Of a stretch of DNA of 64,000 bases, positions 19,820 to 33,125 are shown one piece after another (position 1 is the stretch's first letter; every line of letters begins with the position of its first letter). The stretch covers positions 129,456-193,455 of the forward strand of contig JADZBD010000007.1 in the NCBI GenBank assembly GCA_020852255.1, written 5' to 3'. Both the position numbers and the translations under genes were made by a program. Below the pieces are notes generated by a model that was given only the letters and a program-made list of their open reading frames with translations, searched no databases and had not been told where the DNA came from. This DNA is from Bacteroidia bacterium (GTDB lineage: Bacteria; Bacteroidota; Bacteroidia; JADZBD01).

Positions 19820-21868
19820 TTATTTCATAAAGCGGATTAAACATACTTCTGTTCCCAAAAAGAGCAGGCATAGAGCGATAAACCATTTCCAAAGTGGTGT
19901 GCCTTGTTCGGCAATGCGAATGATTTCCGCCAGATTTTTCTCGCCGGCTTCAATTACCCGGATGTTTTTCAGATCCCCGGAGCTGATCATTTCTTTTAGT
20001 TCTTCTGCGGTGAAGCAGCCCGGATCCGATTCCCGGCGGTCGTAATTGTACGAGATGCCGCTCAGTACACTGTCGCCGGAATACAGGCTGTAGTTTCCCG
20101 CTTTCCTGACCAGATTTCCGGGATAAACCGTCGAGAAATTCCCTTCACTGCGCGTTTCAGGAATCAGATCCGACTGATCCGGTCCTTTCAAGTGAAAAAT
20201 CTTCTCTCCTCCTGCTCCGGTGGAAATGTGTTCTATTCCTTCCCCTTTCCCAATGGTGTAATATAGTTTTTCTGCCGGTGTAGCATGCAGTGCCGATTGA
20301 AAGAATACCGGCACGAACAGCGCATGACGAGTGAAGTTGGACCAGGAAGGATGCAGGGCAACCGCGGAAAGGTAGAGCCTGCCGTTACCAATTGGGATCA
20401 CGCTAAGGAAAGATTCCCCGTTTTGCAGTTGCAGAAGCGGCTCTTCTGTACTGCGAACTGCTCGGGAAAATGTATACCTCCGGGTGACAACCGGAAGATC
20501 CGGGTTCTCCGGTTTTTTGTCAAACACATTCTCAAAAAGAGGGTGCTCGTAAAAAAGTTTCCCTGTTTTTATCCTGGAAGTGTCCGTACTCTCAGGGAAA
20601 GGGCATGACAGCGGTTGTAAGAAGTTTTTATAGGATGGCAAATCAATTTCAGTGCCGGGGATCAAAAATACGGAACCACCGCCGTCAGTAAATTTTTTAA
20701 GCTCGGAGGAAAGCCCGCTGGAAATGCTTTTTAATCCGTTCAGTACAATAAGCGCATAACGGGGGAAGGAGGAGTAGTCAATGCTCTTAGCGTCTGCTTC
20801 TAAATAGCGGAACAGGCTGTCGGAATAAACTGCGCGCAGACTTTTTACCGTACTGTCAGCTGACTGTTCATGGATGGCGAGCACCGGAATGGTGTTACGA
20901 AGTGTGAATGAAAAATAGAAGGCGTCGTCGAAAGTGAGCGGATGATCCTGAATTTCAACACGGCAATTCTGTATGCCGCTTTCCTTGCAGACAAAGCTGA
21001 GGAAGTATTCACCGGCTGCGCCCGGTTCAAGAGAGAAAGATCCGGGAGCACGCTGCTGTCCGTTGATGAATAGCTTTACCGGAATATTCTCCAGCAGATT
21101 GAGCGAAAAATTGCGGATGCGCAGAAACACCCGTTCGCTCCTGTTCTTTTGCCTTACCGGTGTGGGAAACCAGACGGAATCCACATAGACGTTACTCACG
21201 GAATTGCTCTCAAGGGGCACAAGATGAATGCGCACCGAAGTGTCGGCAGGCACAGAACCGAGATTACTGATGCTGCGCTGAAAGTCGGAAAGGAGATACA
21301 CCGCTTTTTGCAAAGTTCCGGCTCCGGCCAGTGCATCTTTTTGACGTGTGAGAACGGAATTAAGGTCGCGGGCAGCCGGACTCAATTGCACCTCTTCGAG
21401 CAGTTCCAGAAATTCTTCCTTGTTTACAAGCCGCTGGTGCTTACCCTCAAAATCATTGGTCACCAGCTGAAAAAGATCGGAGTTACTGAAGGTAGAGGCA
21501 ATCTCACGGGCTTTGTTTCGCGCATCTTCCAGCAGTGTACCGTTTCGTCCCAGAGCATCCATACTGAATGAATTATCCAGGTATACACTCAGCGCCCTTT
21601 GTCCGGCCGGTACATGTCCTTCTTCCGCGGCAAGATAAGGTTGCGCAAAGGCGAAGATCAGTGCGGCAAGAGCGATCAGTCGCGAGGCAAGGATCAGTAA
21701 ATACTTGAGACGGTTTTTACTCTGCGTGTCTTTTTTAACTTCCTTCAGGAAGCGGACATTCGTAAAAAGAACGGTCTTGTATCTCCGGAAATTGAATAGG
21801 TGTACGAGAATGGGAACAGATAGTGCGAGGAGAGCAAAAAGGAAGCCTGGGAAGAGAAAGGCCATCAA
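19820..21868 (-). CDS. Membrane protein with BatA-like N-terminal double-transmembrane domain
   Basis: N-terminus FLFPGFLFALLALSVPILVHLFNFRR followed by a second TM (LILASRLIALAALIFAFAQP), as in the TIGR02226/BatA family. 682 aa. Confidence 0.5.
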   Translation of the reverse strand: MMAFLFPGFLFALLALSVPILVHLFNFRRYKTVLFTNVRFLKEVKKDTQSKNRLKYLLILASRLIALAALIFAFAQPYLAAEEGHVPAGQRALSVYLDNSFSMDALGRNGTLLEDARNKAREIASTFSNSDLFQLVTNDFEGKHQRLVNKEEFLELLEEVQLSPAARDLNSVLTRQKDALAGAGTLQKAVYLLSDFQRSISNLGSVPADTSVRIHLVPLESNSVSNVYVDSVWFPTPVRQKNRSERVFLRIRNFSLNLLENIPVKLFINGQQRAPGSFSLEPGAAGEYFLSFVCKESGIQNCRVEIQDHPLTFDDAFYFSFTLRNTIPVLAIHEQSADSTVKSLRAVYSDSLFRYLEADAKSIDYSSFPRYALIVLNGLKSISSGLSSELKKFTDGGGSVFLIPGTEIDLPSYKNFLQPLSCPFPESTDTSRIKTGKLFYEHPLFENVFDKKPENPDLPVVTRRYTFSRAVRSTEEPLLQLQNGESFLSVIPIGNGRLYLSAVALHPSWSNFTRHALFVPVFFQSALHATPAEKLYYTIGKGEGIEHISTGAGGEKIFHLKGPDQSDLIPETRSEGNFSTVYPGNLVRKAGNYSLYSGDSVLSGISYNYDRRESDPGCFTAEELKEMISSGDLKNIRVIEAGEKNLAEIIRIAEQGTPLWKWFIALCLLFLGTEVCLIRFMK

Positions 21869-21903
21869 AAGTCAAAGGTACGAATAATTCCCATCTCTTT
21901 GAG

Positions 21904-22734
21904 ATGTATCTTTACAGCGTGAGGAATGTGTTCAGTCAGGTATGGATTGGTCTTGCCGCCTATTTCAGAAGCGTAATCTTTGTTGTAAAACACGGGCTTT
22001 GGCTCTATTTCCTGGTGCCCGCCATACTCTCCGTTTTGGTTTGGTGGGGTGGCGACTTGACCCTGCGCCAGCTCCGAACGGAGAATTTTCAAAACCTGGC
22101 CGATGATGAAATAGACCGCTACCTGATCATCGGGCTTCAGTCCTTGTTTGTTTATGTGGCTTTTAAGCTGAATAAATACCTTGTGATGATCCTGCTTTCA
22201 CCCGTACTGACGCAGCTATCCGCACGTACTGAACGTCTCCTTACTGCGAATGTCTACCCCTTCCGATTTAAACAGTATCTCCACAATCTGCTTCGCGGAC
22301 TTCAGATCGCATTCCGGAACCTGTTTCTGCAAATGATTATCATCCTGCTATGGCTGACATTCGCCGCCTTCATTCCAAACATGCAGGCGGCAACCCCGGT
22401 GATCGTTATTATTATTGGATTCTATTTCTACGGATTTTATTTCATGGATTATGTCAGTGAGCGGCTGGGATATTCTCTCGATGAAAGTGTCACTTTCATA
22501 CGGAAAAACGCTGCGCTCTCCTTCACTATCGGAGGAATATTTACCGCCCTTTTTCTCATTCCTTATGCCGGAGTTATTATTGCCCCCGTGCTGGCTTCGG
22601 TCGCCTCTACGATTGCAGTAGACAGAGTGGTTGGACTGAAAAATGTGATCCGTGGAAGGTTCGAAAAGGGAGAGAAAGGAGCTGATCCTAGATCTGACCA
22701 GGCATTTTTTTCTAAGGGTGGGAGAAATATTTGA
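21904..22734 (+). CDS. Polytopic inner-membrane protein (EI24/CysZ-like topology)
   Basis: Start moved to ATG 21904 to avoid overlap with the upstream gene. Six or more predicted TM helices. No catalytic motif. Confidence 0.4.
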   Translation: MYLYSVRNVFSQVWIGLAAYFRSVIFVVKHGLWLYFLVPAILSVLVWWGGDLTLRQLRTENFQNLADDEIDRYLIIGLQSLFVYVAFKLNKYLVMILLSPVLTQLSARTERLLTANVYPFRFKQYLHNLLRGLQIAFRNLFLQMIIILLWLTFAAFIPNMQAATPVIVIIIGFYFYGFYFMDYVSERLGYSLDESVTFIRKNAALSFTIGGIFTALFLIPYAGVIIAPVLASVASTIAVDRVVGLKNVIRGRFEKGEKGADPRSDQAFFSKGGRNI

Positions 22735-22815
22735 ATATCAGCGTGTTGCGGAGTGCAACCATACGGCCTGGTATATCGTCTTACAATAAAGGAGCAATGA
22801 TGGCGTTCCATTTGG

Positions 22816-22823
22816 TATATTTG
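22816..22823 (+). promoter_or_regulatory. Bacteroidetes sigmaA -7 element (TAnnTTTG) candidate
   Basis: TATATTTG lies 21 nt upstream of the GTG start of the T9SS cargo gene. Confidence 0.2.
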
Positions 22824-22843
22824 CTTATTACACAGCTACTTAA

Positions 22844-24874
22844 GTGAAATTTTCTATTACCGGCCTTACAATTCTGCTGTGGTTATTTACCACCGGCTCT
22901 GATATTTCTGCTCAGCAGGTTGCTGCTCCTGAATTAAGATGCCTGTCGGTGAACTGTGCGAACGGGAATGTCACGCTTACCTGGACTATCCCTCCGGATC
23001 CGGGCAGTACTTTTGTTGCCTATCATGTTTTTAAAGGGGGATCCTATCTGGCTTCCGTCGGTAACCGCCTTACCAATACCTATACTGACATTTCCGGATC
23101 GGCCATGTTCCAGTCGGAATGTTATTACGTTGAAACGGAATCGTTCATTGGCAATCCTGTTACATCTCCTGCGCTGGACACTCTTTGCACCATGTTTCTC
23201 ACGATTTCTAATCCGGGTGGGCAGGTCGCGACATTGAACTGGAACGCCCCGCGGAACCCGCTCCTTTCTACCATGCAGCCCTGGTATAAGATCTATTGTG
23301 ACTATCCGGTGAATGGTACATTCGTTGACAGCACACAAGCGTTGACCTATGTGGACACCCAGATCGTTTGTAACCGTACGATCAGTTATTCTATCGAATT
23401 GGCGGATAACATGCCCTGTTTCAATATTTCAATGTGCGCCGCCAGTCTTTTTAAAGATGCCACCCCTCCCGCCACACCGGTCATTGATTCTGTCAGCGTG
23501 AACGCATTGAACAATGCCACCATCGGATGGACACCGCCAACAAGCGGAGATGTTACAGCCTATGTCATCTATCAGTTTGTGAACAATCTCTGGGTTGCAA
23601 TAGACACAGTGTACGGATACGGGAACACTTCTTACGGAAATCCAAATTCTGCTGCAGATGTGCAAAGTGAATGGTACTGCATTGCAGCCATGGATTCATG
23701 TGGCAATCTGAGCCCTCTCGGTAATTATCACAACACGATGTACCTGACCGGCAGTGTTGATCCTTGCAGTGCTTCCACTAACCTCAGCTGGAATCCCTAT
23801 ATTAATTGGCCGGGAGGCGTGAGCGGTTATGAAATTTGGGTTTCGGTGGATGGCGGTCCGTATTCGCTTGCTGGCACAACCACCTCCGGCGTTACCAACT
23901 TCTCTCATACTTCACTCAATAACGGATCGGTTTACTGTTATAATATTCATGCTATTGAAAATGCAAGTACGCGAACATCCACTTCCAATACCTTATGTCT
24001 CAATGCCGCGCTTCCGACCGCACCCGTTTTTACGTACGGACAAAGCAGCTCCGTAATCGCACCGGAAAATGTCAGAATTGATGCTTATGTTGATATTCTG
24101 GCGGATGTGACCTCGTATGTGTTTGAGCGTGCTGATGCGCTAACGGGTCCTTATATGGTAGTCGGTACCGTTCCTTTTACAGGTACACCAAATATTTTTC
24201 TGCTGGATGGCTCCGCCTACACTGAGACGCAGTCGCACTACTACCGGATCATTTCCATTGACAGCTGCGGCAATCCGGTCCAAACCAGTAATATTTCCAG
24301 AACTATTTTTGCGACCGCCACTGCCAATAATAATATGACGAATACCCTCACATGGAATGATTATGAAGGCTTCGATGCCGGAGTACTGAGCTACGATATT
24401 TACCGAAGTGTGGACTTCGCACCTTTTACACTGATCTCTACTGTCGGACCAGGTAATACGGTTTTCGTGGACGATGCCGTTCCGTTTATTCAGGGTAGCG
24501 GACGCTTCGAATACTATATTGTTGCAAACGAAGACGCAGGTAACCAGTATAATATCACAGGCTTGGCCGCTTCAAATATTGCCGAAGCGTTCCAGACGGC
24601 CAAGTTCTATGTTCCCAATGCCTTCGTTCCCGGTGGAGTGAACTCTGTTTTCCTTCCTAACGGCTCCTTTTATGATAAAAGTGAATTTACAATGACAATT
24701 CATAACCGGTGGGGCCAGTTGTTGTTCACAAGCGATAATCCTTTTATCGGATGGGATGGCACCTTTGAAGGTTCTGTTTGCCAGGAAGATGCTTATGTAT
24801 GGTTCATCAAGTACAAAACCGCTGCAGGCGAGTACATTGAACAATATGGAACGGTCTCCTTGATCGGAAAGTAA
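22844..24874 (+). CDS. Large secreted Ig/FN3-like repeat protein with T9SS type-B (gliding-motility-associated) C-terminal domain
   Basis: GTG start, signal peptide, repeated ~90-aa modules with conserved Cys pairs. C-terminus FYVPNAFVPGG…NRWGQLLF…GWDGT…YVWF matches the type-B T9SS CTD (TIGR04131-like). Confidence 0.6.
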   Translation: MKFSITGLTILLWLFTTGSDISAQQVAAPELRCLSVNCANGNVTLTWTIPPDPGSTFVAYHVFKGGSYLASVGNRLTNTYTDISGSAMFQSECYYVETESFIGNPVTSPALDTLCTMFLTISNPGGQVATLNWNAPRNPLLSTMQPWYKIYCDYPVNGTFVDSTQALTYVDTQIVCNRTISYSIELADNMPCFNISMCAASLFKDATPPATPVIDSVSVNALNNATIGWTPPTSGDVTAYVIYQFVNNLWVAIDTVYGYGNTSYGNPNSAADVQSEWYCIAAMDSCGNLSPLGNYHNTMYLTGSVDPCSASTNLSWNPYINWPGGVSGYEIWVSVDGGPYSLAGTTTSGVTNFSHTSLNNGSVYCYNIHAIENASTRTSTSNTLCLNAALPTAPVFTYGQSSSVIAPENVRIDAYVDILADVTSYVFERADALTGPYMVVGTVPFTGTPNIFLLDGSAYTETQSHYYRIISIDSCGNPVQTSNISRTIFATATANNNMTNTLTWNDYEGFDAGVLSYDIYRSVDFAPFTLISTVGPGNTVFVDDAVPFIQGSGRFEYYIVANEDAGNQYNITGLAASNIAEAFQTAKFYVPNAFVPGGVNSVFLPNGSFYDKSEFTMTIHNRWGQLLFTSDNPFIGWDGTFEGSVCQEDAYVWFIKYKTAAGEYIEQYGTVSLIGK

Positions 24875-24949
24875 TTAACAATTTCCCTTTTTTTGTTCAT
24901 CACTTTTTCTGCCGGGTTAGGTCGTATGCCCGCATCTTAATAGTAACTT

Positions 24950-25035
24950 TAATGTGACTTTAGGGGTGTCCGCAAGCGGTCTGAGAACAAACCCTTGAAC
25001 CTGATCCGGGTAATGCCGGCGAAGGGAAAAGTTTG
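24950..25035 (+). promoter_or_regulatory. TPP (THI-box) riboswitch
   Basis: ACTTTAGGGGTGTCCGC…GGTCTGAGAACAAACCCTTGAACCTGATCCGGGTAATGCCGGCGAAGGGAAAAGT matches the THI element consensus (GGGGUGC…CUGAGA…ACCCUUUGAACCUGAUC.GGUAAUGCC.GCG.AGGGA). The P1 stem is ACTTT/AAAGT. It sits directly upstream of thiS-thiC. Confidence 0.85.
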
Positions 25036-25072
25036 AACCTGTCGGTTCATCCCAGGGGTCGATGTAAATCCT

Positions 25073-27714
<2,642 letters not shown>

Positions 27715-27742
<28 letters not shown>

Positions 27743-28461
27743 GCATCGCCGGATACGATCCTTCCGGAGGAGCCGGCCTGTTGGCCGACATTAAGACCTT
27801 TGAGAACTGTAAAGTGTATGGCCTTGGCGTGCAGTCGGCGCTTACCTGGCAAAACGAAATGGAGTTTTCGGAAATACGATGGGAAAGTACGGATAGCATC
27901 CTGCAGCAAATGAACCTGCTGGGGAAAATGCATCGTGTTCGCTTTATCAAAGTTGGGCTGATCCGGGATATCGAAGCACTGGAAACGCTCTTGGAGCAAG
28001 CCGGTCAATTATGGCCGGGAGTAAAAGTAATTTGGGATCCGATTCTGTCTGCCTCCGCCGGTTTTGAATTTCACAAGGCGTTTAATCCTGCCGTACTGCA
28101 ACGTGTACTGAAGAAAATATATATTGTCACTCCCAATATACCTGAATCGGTCATTTTATCCGGTATCCCTGACGCCATTGAAGCCGCAAGAGAACTCGCC
28201 CGCCATTGCGTGGTGTATTTAAAGGGAGGACACAGTGCATCGGGAAAGGATTATGTTTTTCGTGGGAAAGATTTTTTTGTGCTGCGTCGGATGGCAGCAC
28301 CTGCATGGCCGAAGCATGGGAGCGGGTGCATTTTTTCTGCGGCATTCACAGCCCAACTCGCAAGGGGATTCAAGTTGCATCCTGCCGCGCTACGGGCGAA
28401 GTCTTATATACACCGTTATCTCTCCAGTTCAAATTCACTTTTAGGATACCACAAACGATGA
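27715..28461 (+). CDS. thiD: Hydroxymethylpyrimidine/phosphomethylpyrimidine kinase
   Basis: N-terminal SIAGYDPSGGAGLLADIKTF and ribokinase-like fold. 248 aa. Confidence 0.85.
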
Positions 28462-29096
28462 ACAAACGAAAAATATCCCAATTGCATGTGATTACGGCAG
28501 AGTTGCCTGGCCGCGATCATGCAACGGTCGCTGAACTCGCCTGCAAAGGGGGGGCCGACTGGATTCAACTGCGTATTAAGGATAAGAAGGAAGCGGAAGT
28601 GGCTGTGATCGCACGCCAGGTGAAAGCGATCTGTGATAAATACCACGCGGTACTGATTATAAATGATCATGTAAGGCTGGCTCAGGCGATCGGAGCGCAC
28701 GGCGTTCACCTTGGAAAGGAGGATATGCATCCGGTGGAAGCGAGGCGTATCCTCGGACCAGAGGCAATTATAGGTGCCAGTACGAATTCTGAAGAGGATA
28801 TTCTGCTTCAAAACTCGCTTCCTGTGGATTATATCGGACTGGGTCCTTTGCGCTTCACCCGCACGCGCGAAAAACTGAATCCTGTTCTGGGTGCGGAACG
28901 ACTTGTCCGACTTGCACGAATCGCTACTGTACCGGTAATTGCCATCGGAGGGATCACGATGGAGGATGTGTTCTTTCTCCGTCGCCGCGGTTTGCACGGT
29001 GTTGCGGTTGCTTCGGCCATCGCTTCAGCACAGAATCCGGTTGCAGCGACAGCGGAATTTTTAGCAGAATGTCAAATGAAAGAAGCAATGCTATGA
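28458..29096 (+). CDS. thiE: Thiamin-phosphate synthase
   Basis: ATG at 28458 overlaps the thiD stop (ATGA). Motifs LRIKD…, [21 protein letters not shown]…K. 212 aa. Confidence 0.85.
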   Translation: MNKRKISQLHVITAELPGRDHATVAELACKGGADWIQLRIKDKKEAEVAVIARQVKAICDKYHAVLIINDHVRLAQAIGAHGVHLGKEDMHPVEARRILGPEAIIGASTNSEEDILLQNSLPVDYIGLGPLRFTRTREKLNPVLGAERLVRLARIATVPVIAIGGITMEDVFFLRRRGLHGVAVASAIASAQNPVAATAEFLAECQMKEAML

Positions 29097-29872
29097 ACAG
29101 ATCGGTATTGAAACTCGGAGACAGGGAATTCTCCTCCCGGCTTTTTACAGGAACTGGAAAGTTTGGGTCATATAAGATCATGGAGGAGGCCATTTTGGCA
29201 TCCGGATCCGAACTGGTTACGGTCGCACTCAGGCGAATTGACATGGAAAGTGAAACGGATGAGATTATTTCACATCTTCAGCACTCCCATATTCAGTTAC
29301 TTCCCAATACCAGTGGCGCACGAAATGCAAAAGAAGCCATATTCGCCGCGCAAATGGCACGGGAAGCACTCGAAACGAATTGGCTGAAACTGGAGATACA
29401 TCCGGATCCGAAATACCTCATGCCCGACCCCTTGGAAACACTGCTGGCAACCGAAGAACTGGCGCGAATGGGTTTCATTGTATTACCGTATATTCATGCA
29501 GACCCTGTTTTGTGCAAACGGCTCGAAGATGCAGGAACAGCCGCGGTGATGCCGCTGGGTTCTCCTATAGGCAGTAACAAGGGATTAAAAACTATTGACT
29601 TCTTAAAGATCATCATCGAGCAAAGTAATGTTCCGGTAATCGTGGACGCCGGTATCGGCGCACCTTCTGATGCTGCCTATGCCATGGAGGTCGGGGCAGA
29701 TGCTGTACTCGTGAACACAGCCATTGCTGCAGCAGAAGATCCTGTGCGCATGGGAGAGGCTTTTCGCCTGGCGGTGGAATCAGGACGCATGGCCTTTGAA
29801 TCCGGGAGAGGCCGTACTTCGCATACCGCTGTAGCAAGTAGCCCGCTGACTGAGTTTTTAGATATGAACTGA
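29093..29872 (+). CDS. thiG: Thiazole synthase
   Basis: [19 protein letters not shown] and the later lysine/TIM-barrel signature. ATG at 29093 overlaps the thiE stop (an alternative in-frame ATG lies at 29069). Confidence 0.9.
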   Translation: MNRSVLKLGDREFSSRLFTGTGKFGSYKIMEEAILASGSELVTVALRRIDMESETDEIISHLQHSHIQLLPNTSGARNAKEAIFAAQMAREALETNWLKLEIHPDPKYLMPDPLETLLATEELARMGFIVLPYIHADPVLCKRLEDAGTAAVMPLGSPIGSNKGLKTIDFLKIIIEQSNVPVIVDAGIGAPSDAAYAMEVGADAVLVNTAIAAAEDPVRMGEAFRLAVESGRMAFESGRGRTSHTAVASSPLTEFLDMN

Positions 29873-30987
29873 TGTTCGCAGACGAGTTTGATAAATATTC
29901 CTGGGAGGAAACGGGAGAAAGAATTCAATCGGTTTCCTTACCTGAAGTGGAACGCGCTCTTTTTAAAGAAGAGCAAAGAGACCTGGCTGATTTCCTCGCA
30001 CTGATCTCACCCGCTGCCGCCCCTTACCTTGAGGAAATGGCGCAGCGCTCCTCCAAGATTACCCGGAAGCGTTTTGGGAAAACGATACAGATGTATGCTC
30101 CTCTTTACCTTAGCAACGAGTGCCTTAATATATGTACCTATTGCGGTTTTTCCATGGAGAACAAGGTCAGGAGAAAAACACTATCGCGAGAAGAGTTAAT
30201 GATCGAGGTAAGCACCCTGAAAGAAATGGGCTATGACCACGTGCTTCTTGTTACCGGCGAAGATCAGGTGAAGGCCGGGGTAGAGTATATCCGTCGGGCA
30301 GTGGAGTGGGTTCGGCCTTTTTTTTCCCACATCTCCATTGAAGTCCAGCCCCTGAGTGAAGCAGAATACACTTCTTTTCTTCCTTTCGGACTGAATTCCG
30401 TTCTGGTATATCAGGAAACTTACCACGAACAAAAATACCGCGACTACCATCCCAGGGGAAAGAAATCAAATTTTCGCTACCGGCTGGCTACACCGGACCG
30501 GGTGGGAACTGCGGGAATGCATAAGATCGGACTGGGTGTTTTGCTCGGACTGGAGGACTGGAGAATTGATTCATTTTTTTGCGCACTTCATCTTTCTTAT
30601 CTGGAGAAAACCTACTGGAAAACAAAATATAGTATCTCTTTCCCTCGGATACGACCACATAGGGGAGAGGATAAATTCCGGCCGGGACTGATTACGGACA
30701 GGGAATTGGTGCAGTTGATCTGCGCCTGGAGAATATTTAATGAGGAAGTGGAACTCTCCGTCTCCACCAGGGAGTCCGAAAAATTCAGAGATCATATCAT
30801 TCATCTTGGCGCTACCACATTCAGCGCGGGATCAAAAACAAATCCCGGCGGTTACGCCGTAGAACCGGAATCGCTGGAGCAGTTTGAAATATGCGATGAA
30901 AGAGAGCCGCATGAGATTGCGGCAATGATACGCAGGAACGGGTATGAACCGCTGTGGAAAGACTGGGATCGTACACTTCAATTATGA
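29872..30987 (+). CDS. thiH: 2-iminoacetate synthase (radical SAM, tyrosine lyase)
   Basis: Radical-SAM Cys triad CTYCGF, 371 aa, follows thiG. Confidence 0.9.
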   Translation: MFADEFDKYSWEETGERIQSVSLPEVERALFKEEQRDLADFLALISPAAAPYLEEMAQRSSKITRKRFGKTIQMYAPLYLSNECLNICTYCGFSMENKVRRKTLSREELMIEVSTLKEMGYDHVLLVTGEDQVKAGVEYIRRAVEWVRPFFSHISIEVQPLSEAEYTSFLPFGLNSVLVYQETYHEQKYRDYHPRGKKSNFRYRLATPDRVGTAGMHKIGLGVLLGLEDWRIDSFFCALHLSYLEKTYWKTKYSISFPRIRPHRGEDKFRPGLITDRELVQLICAWRIFNEEVELSVSTRESEKFRDHIIHLGATTFSAGSKTNPGGYAVEPESLEQFEICDEREPHEIAAMIRRNGYEPLWKDWDRTLQL

Positions 30988-31553
30988 GTTTTACAGCAAC
31001 CGATACCAGCGCTTCCTACCGCATCAATTCCCTGCTTCCGCTCAAAGAAGAGTATTTGCAAACGGATGTTCATCTCGTACTCCTGCATGCCAATCGTATT
31101 CCCCCGCATCTGGTACTCCTGGTTTCCGGAAAGGTGTTCACGCTCACAGTGAGAGGAGGAACGGTGGATTCGGACGTGGAATCTTTGTTACGTCTTATCC
31201 GGAGGAACCGGATTGAAACCGTATTCGTTCGGCTGAATATTCCCTCCGTTTTTACTATCAGCGTTTTGAGAGAACATATAAGAAAACTGATCATGTCCTA
31301 TCCGAAAGTGGCAGTGGGTATTGCCACCTGCCTGGATCCCATCAGAGAATTTTGCGGAGCAGTATACGATCCCTCTGCCAGAGACGTGAATTTCGTTTAT
31401 GAATTACTCCCGCGCCTGGAAAGATCGGGTGTGATAAAGGATTCTTATCATTTGTTTCTAGACCCCTATTTGAGAAAGGGCAGCTATGAAATTCAAAAAT
31501 ACAGCATGAATGATATTTTCGAAGGGATCCGGAAAGCTAATGAGGTGCTTTAA
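30984..31553 (+). CDS. Hypothetical protein occupying the thiF position of the thi operon
   Basis: ATG at 30984 overlaps the thiH stop (ATGA). 189 aa. No E1/MoeB GxGxxG motif and no recognisable domain. Confidence 0.45.
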   Translation: MSFTATDTSASYRINSLLPLKEEYLQTDVHLVLLHANRIPPHLVLLVSGKVFTLTVRGGTVDSDVESLLRLIRRNRIETVFVRLNIPSVFTISVLREHIRKLIMSYPKVAVGIATCLDPIREFCGAVYDPSARDVNFVYELLPRLERSGVIKDSYHLFLDPYLRKGSYEIQKYSMNDIFEGIRKANEVL

Positions 31554-31586
31554 TGACGATTATTCCTAAATTTGTATTCCCGCTCT

Positions 31587-33125
31587 ATGAAACAGCAATC
31601 TATATTGATCTTTGATTTCGGTTCCCAATACACGCAGCTCATTGCACGCAGGGTGAGGGAGTTGAATGTATATTGCGAGATCCATCCTTTTACGGATATT
31701 GGAAAGGAATTTTCCCATGTTGAGGTTAAGGGTGTAATACTTTCCGGCAGCCCTTTTTCCGTTCGGGATTCACGCGCTCCGCACCCCTCCCTGGAAGCTT
31801 TCCGGGGGAAATTTCCGCTACTGGGTGTCTGTTATGGCGCCCAACTTCTGGCGCATCAGAATAAAGGCGAGGTGGTGCCTTCCCGGATCAGGGAGTATGG
31901 CCGCGCCAACCTTACAACACTCAACACCTCCAATTCCCTGCTGAAACAAATGTCTGCTAATTCCCAGGTGTGGATGAGCCACGGGGATACGATTTCAGGT
32001 GTGGCACCTGATTTTGAAATTATTGCAAGTACCCCGGATGTTAAAGTAGCGGCTTTTCAGGTGAAAGGGGAAGCTACTTACGGAATACAGTTTCATCCGG
32101 AAGTATATCATTCCGAAGAAGGCATGGTGCTGTTGCGGAATTTTGTAGTGGATATTTGCGGATGCCGGCAAGATTGGAATCCCTCCTCCTTTATTGAATC
32201 TACCGTTCGCGAACTGCAAGAGAAACTTGGAAATGATAAGGTAGTGTTGGGGCTTTCCGGAGGGGTGGACTCCTCCGTTGCAGCTGTGCTCCTGCACAAG
32301 GCGATCGGAAAGAATTTGTATTGCATTTTCGTAGACAACGGATTGCTCAGGAAGAATGAATTCGAAAATGTACTTGAATCATATGTTGCGCTCGGACTGA
32401 ATGTGAAGGGAGTAGATGCGAAGAAGAAATTTTATGATGCGTTGATGGGCGAAAAGGATCCCGAAAAGAAGCGGAAGGCGATCGGAAGGGTATTCATAGA
32501 AGTGTTTGACGAAGAGTCACATCGAATACAGGAGGTTAAATGGCTGGCGCAGGGTACAATTTATCCCGATGTGATCGAGTCGGTTTCTGTCAAAGGCCCC
32601 AGTGCTACAATTAAGTCACATCATAACGTTGGCGGACTTCCTGAAAAAATGAAGTTGAAAGTGGTGGAACCCCTGAATACACTTTTTAAAGATGAAGTTC
32701 GAAAAGTGGGAAGGGAGCTTTCGATCCCGGATCGTATTTTGAACCGTCACCCATTCCCGGGTCCGGGCCTGGGAATCAGGATTTTAGGGGATGTTACCGC
32801 AGAAAAGGTACGGATATTGCAAGAAGTGGATTATCTTTTTATCGAAGGATTGAAAAACCATAACCTCTACAAAGATGTCTGGCAGGCGGGTGCCATCCTG
32901 CTTCCCGTGCAGAGCGTGGGTGTGATGGGTGACGAGCGAACCTATGAACAGGTAGTTGCGCTTCGCGCTGTAACATCAACTGACGGAATGACGGCCGACT
33001 GGTGTCATCTTCCGTATTCTTTCCTCTCCGCTATTTCGAGTGAGATTATTAATAAAGTTAAAGGCGTGAACAGAGTGGTATATGATATTAGTTCGAAACC
33101 GCCGGCCACCATTGAATGGGAATGA
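31587..33125 (+). CDS. guaA: GMP synthase (glutamine-hydrolysing)
   Basis: GATase ([20 protein letters not shown]…GVCYGAQ…) plus ATP-PPase motif [10 protein letters not shown]. Start taken at ATG 31587. Confidence 0.9.
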   Translation: MKQQSILIFDFGSQYTQLIARRVRELNVYCEIHPFTDIGKEFSHVEVKGVILSGSPFSVRDSRAPHPSLEAFRGKFPLLGVCYGAQLLAHQNKGEVVPSRIREYGRANLTTLNTSNSLLKQMSANSQVWMSHGDTISGVAPDFEIIASTPDVKVAAFQVKGEATYGIQFHPEVYHSEEGMVLLRNFVVDICGCRQDWNPSSFIESTVRELQEKLGNDKVVLGLSGGVDSSVAAVLLHKAIGKNLYCIFVDNGLLRKNEFENVLESYVALGLNVKGVDAKKKFYDALMGEKDPEKKRKAIGRVFIEVFDEESHRIQEVKWLAQGTIYPDVIESVSVKGPSATIKSHHNVGGLPEKMKLKVVEPLNTLFKDEVRKVGRELSIPDRILNRHPFPGPGLGIRILGDVTAEKVRILQEVDYLFIEGLKNHNLYKDVWQAGAILLPVQSVGVMGDERTYEQVVALRAVTSTDGMTADWCHLPYSFLSAISSEIINKVKGVNRVVYDISSKPPATIEWE

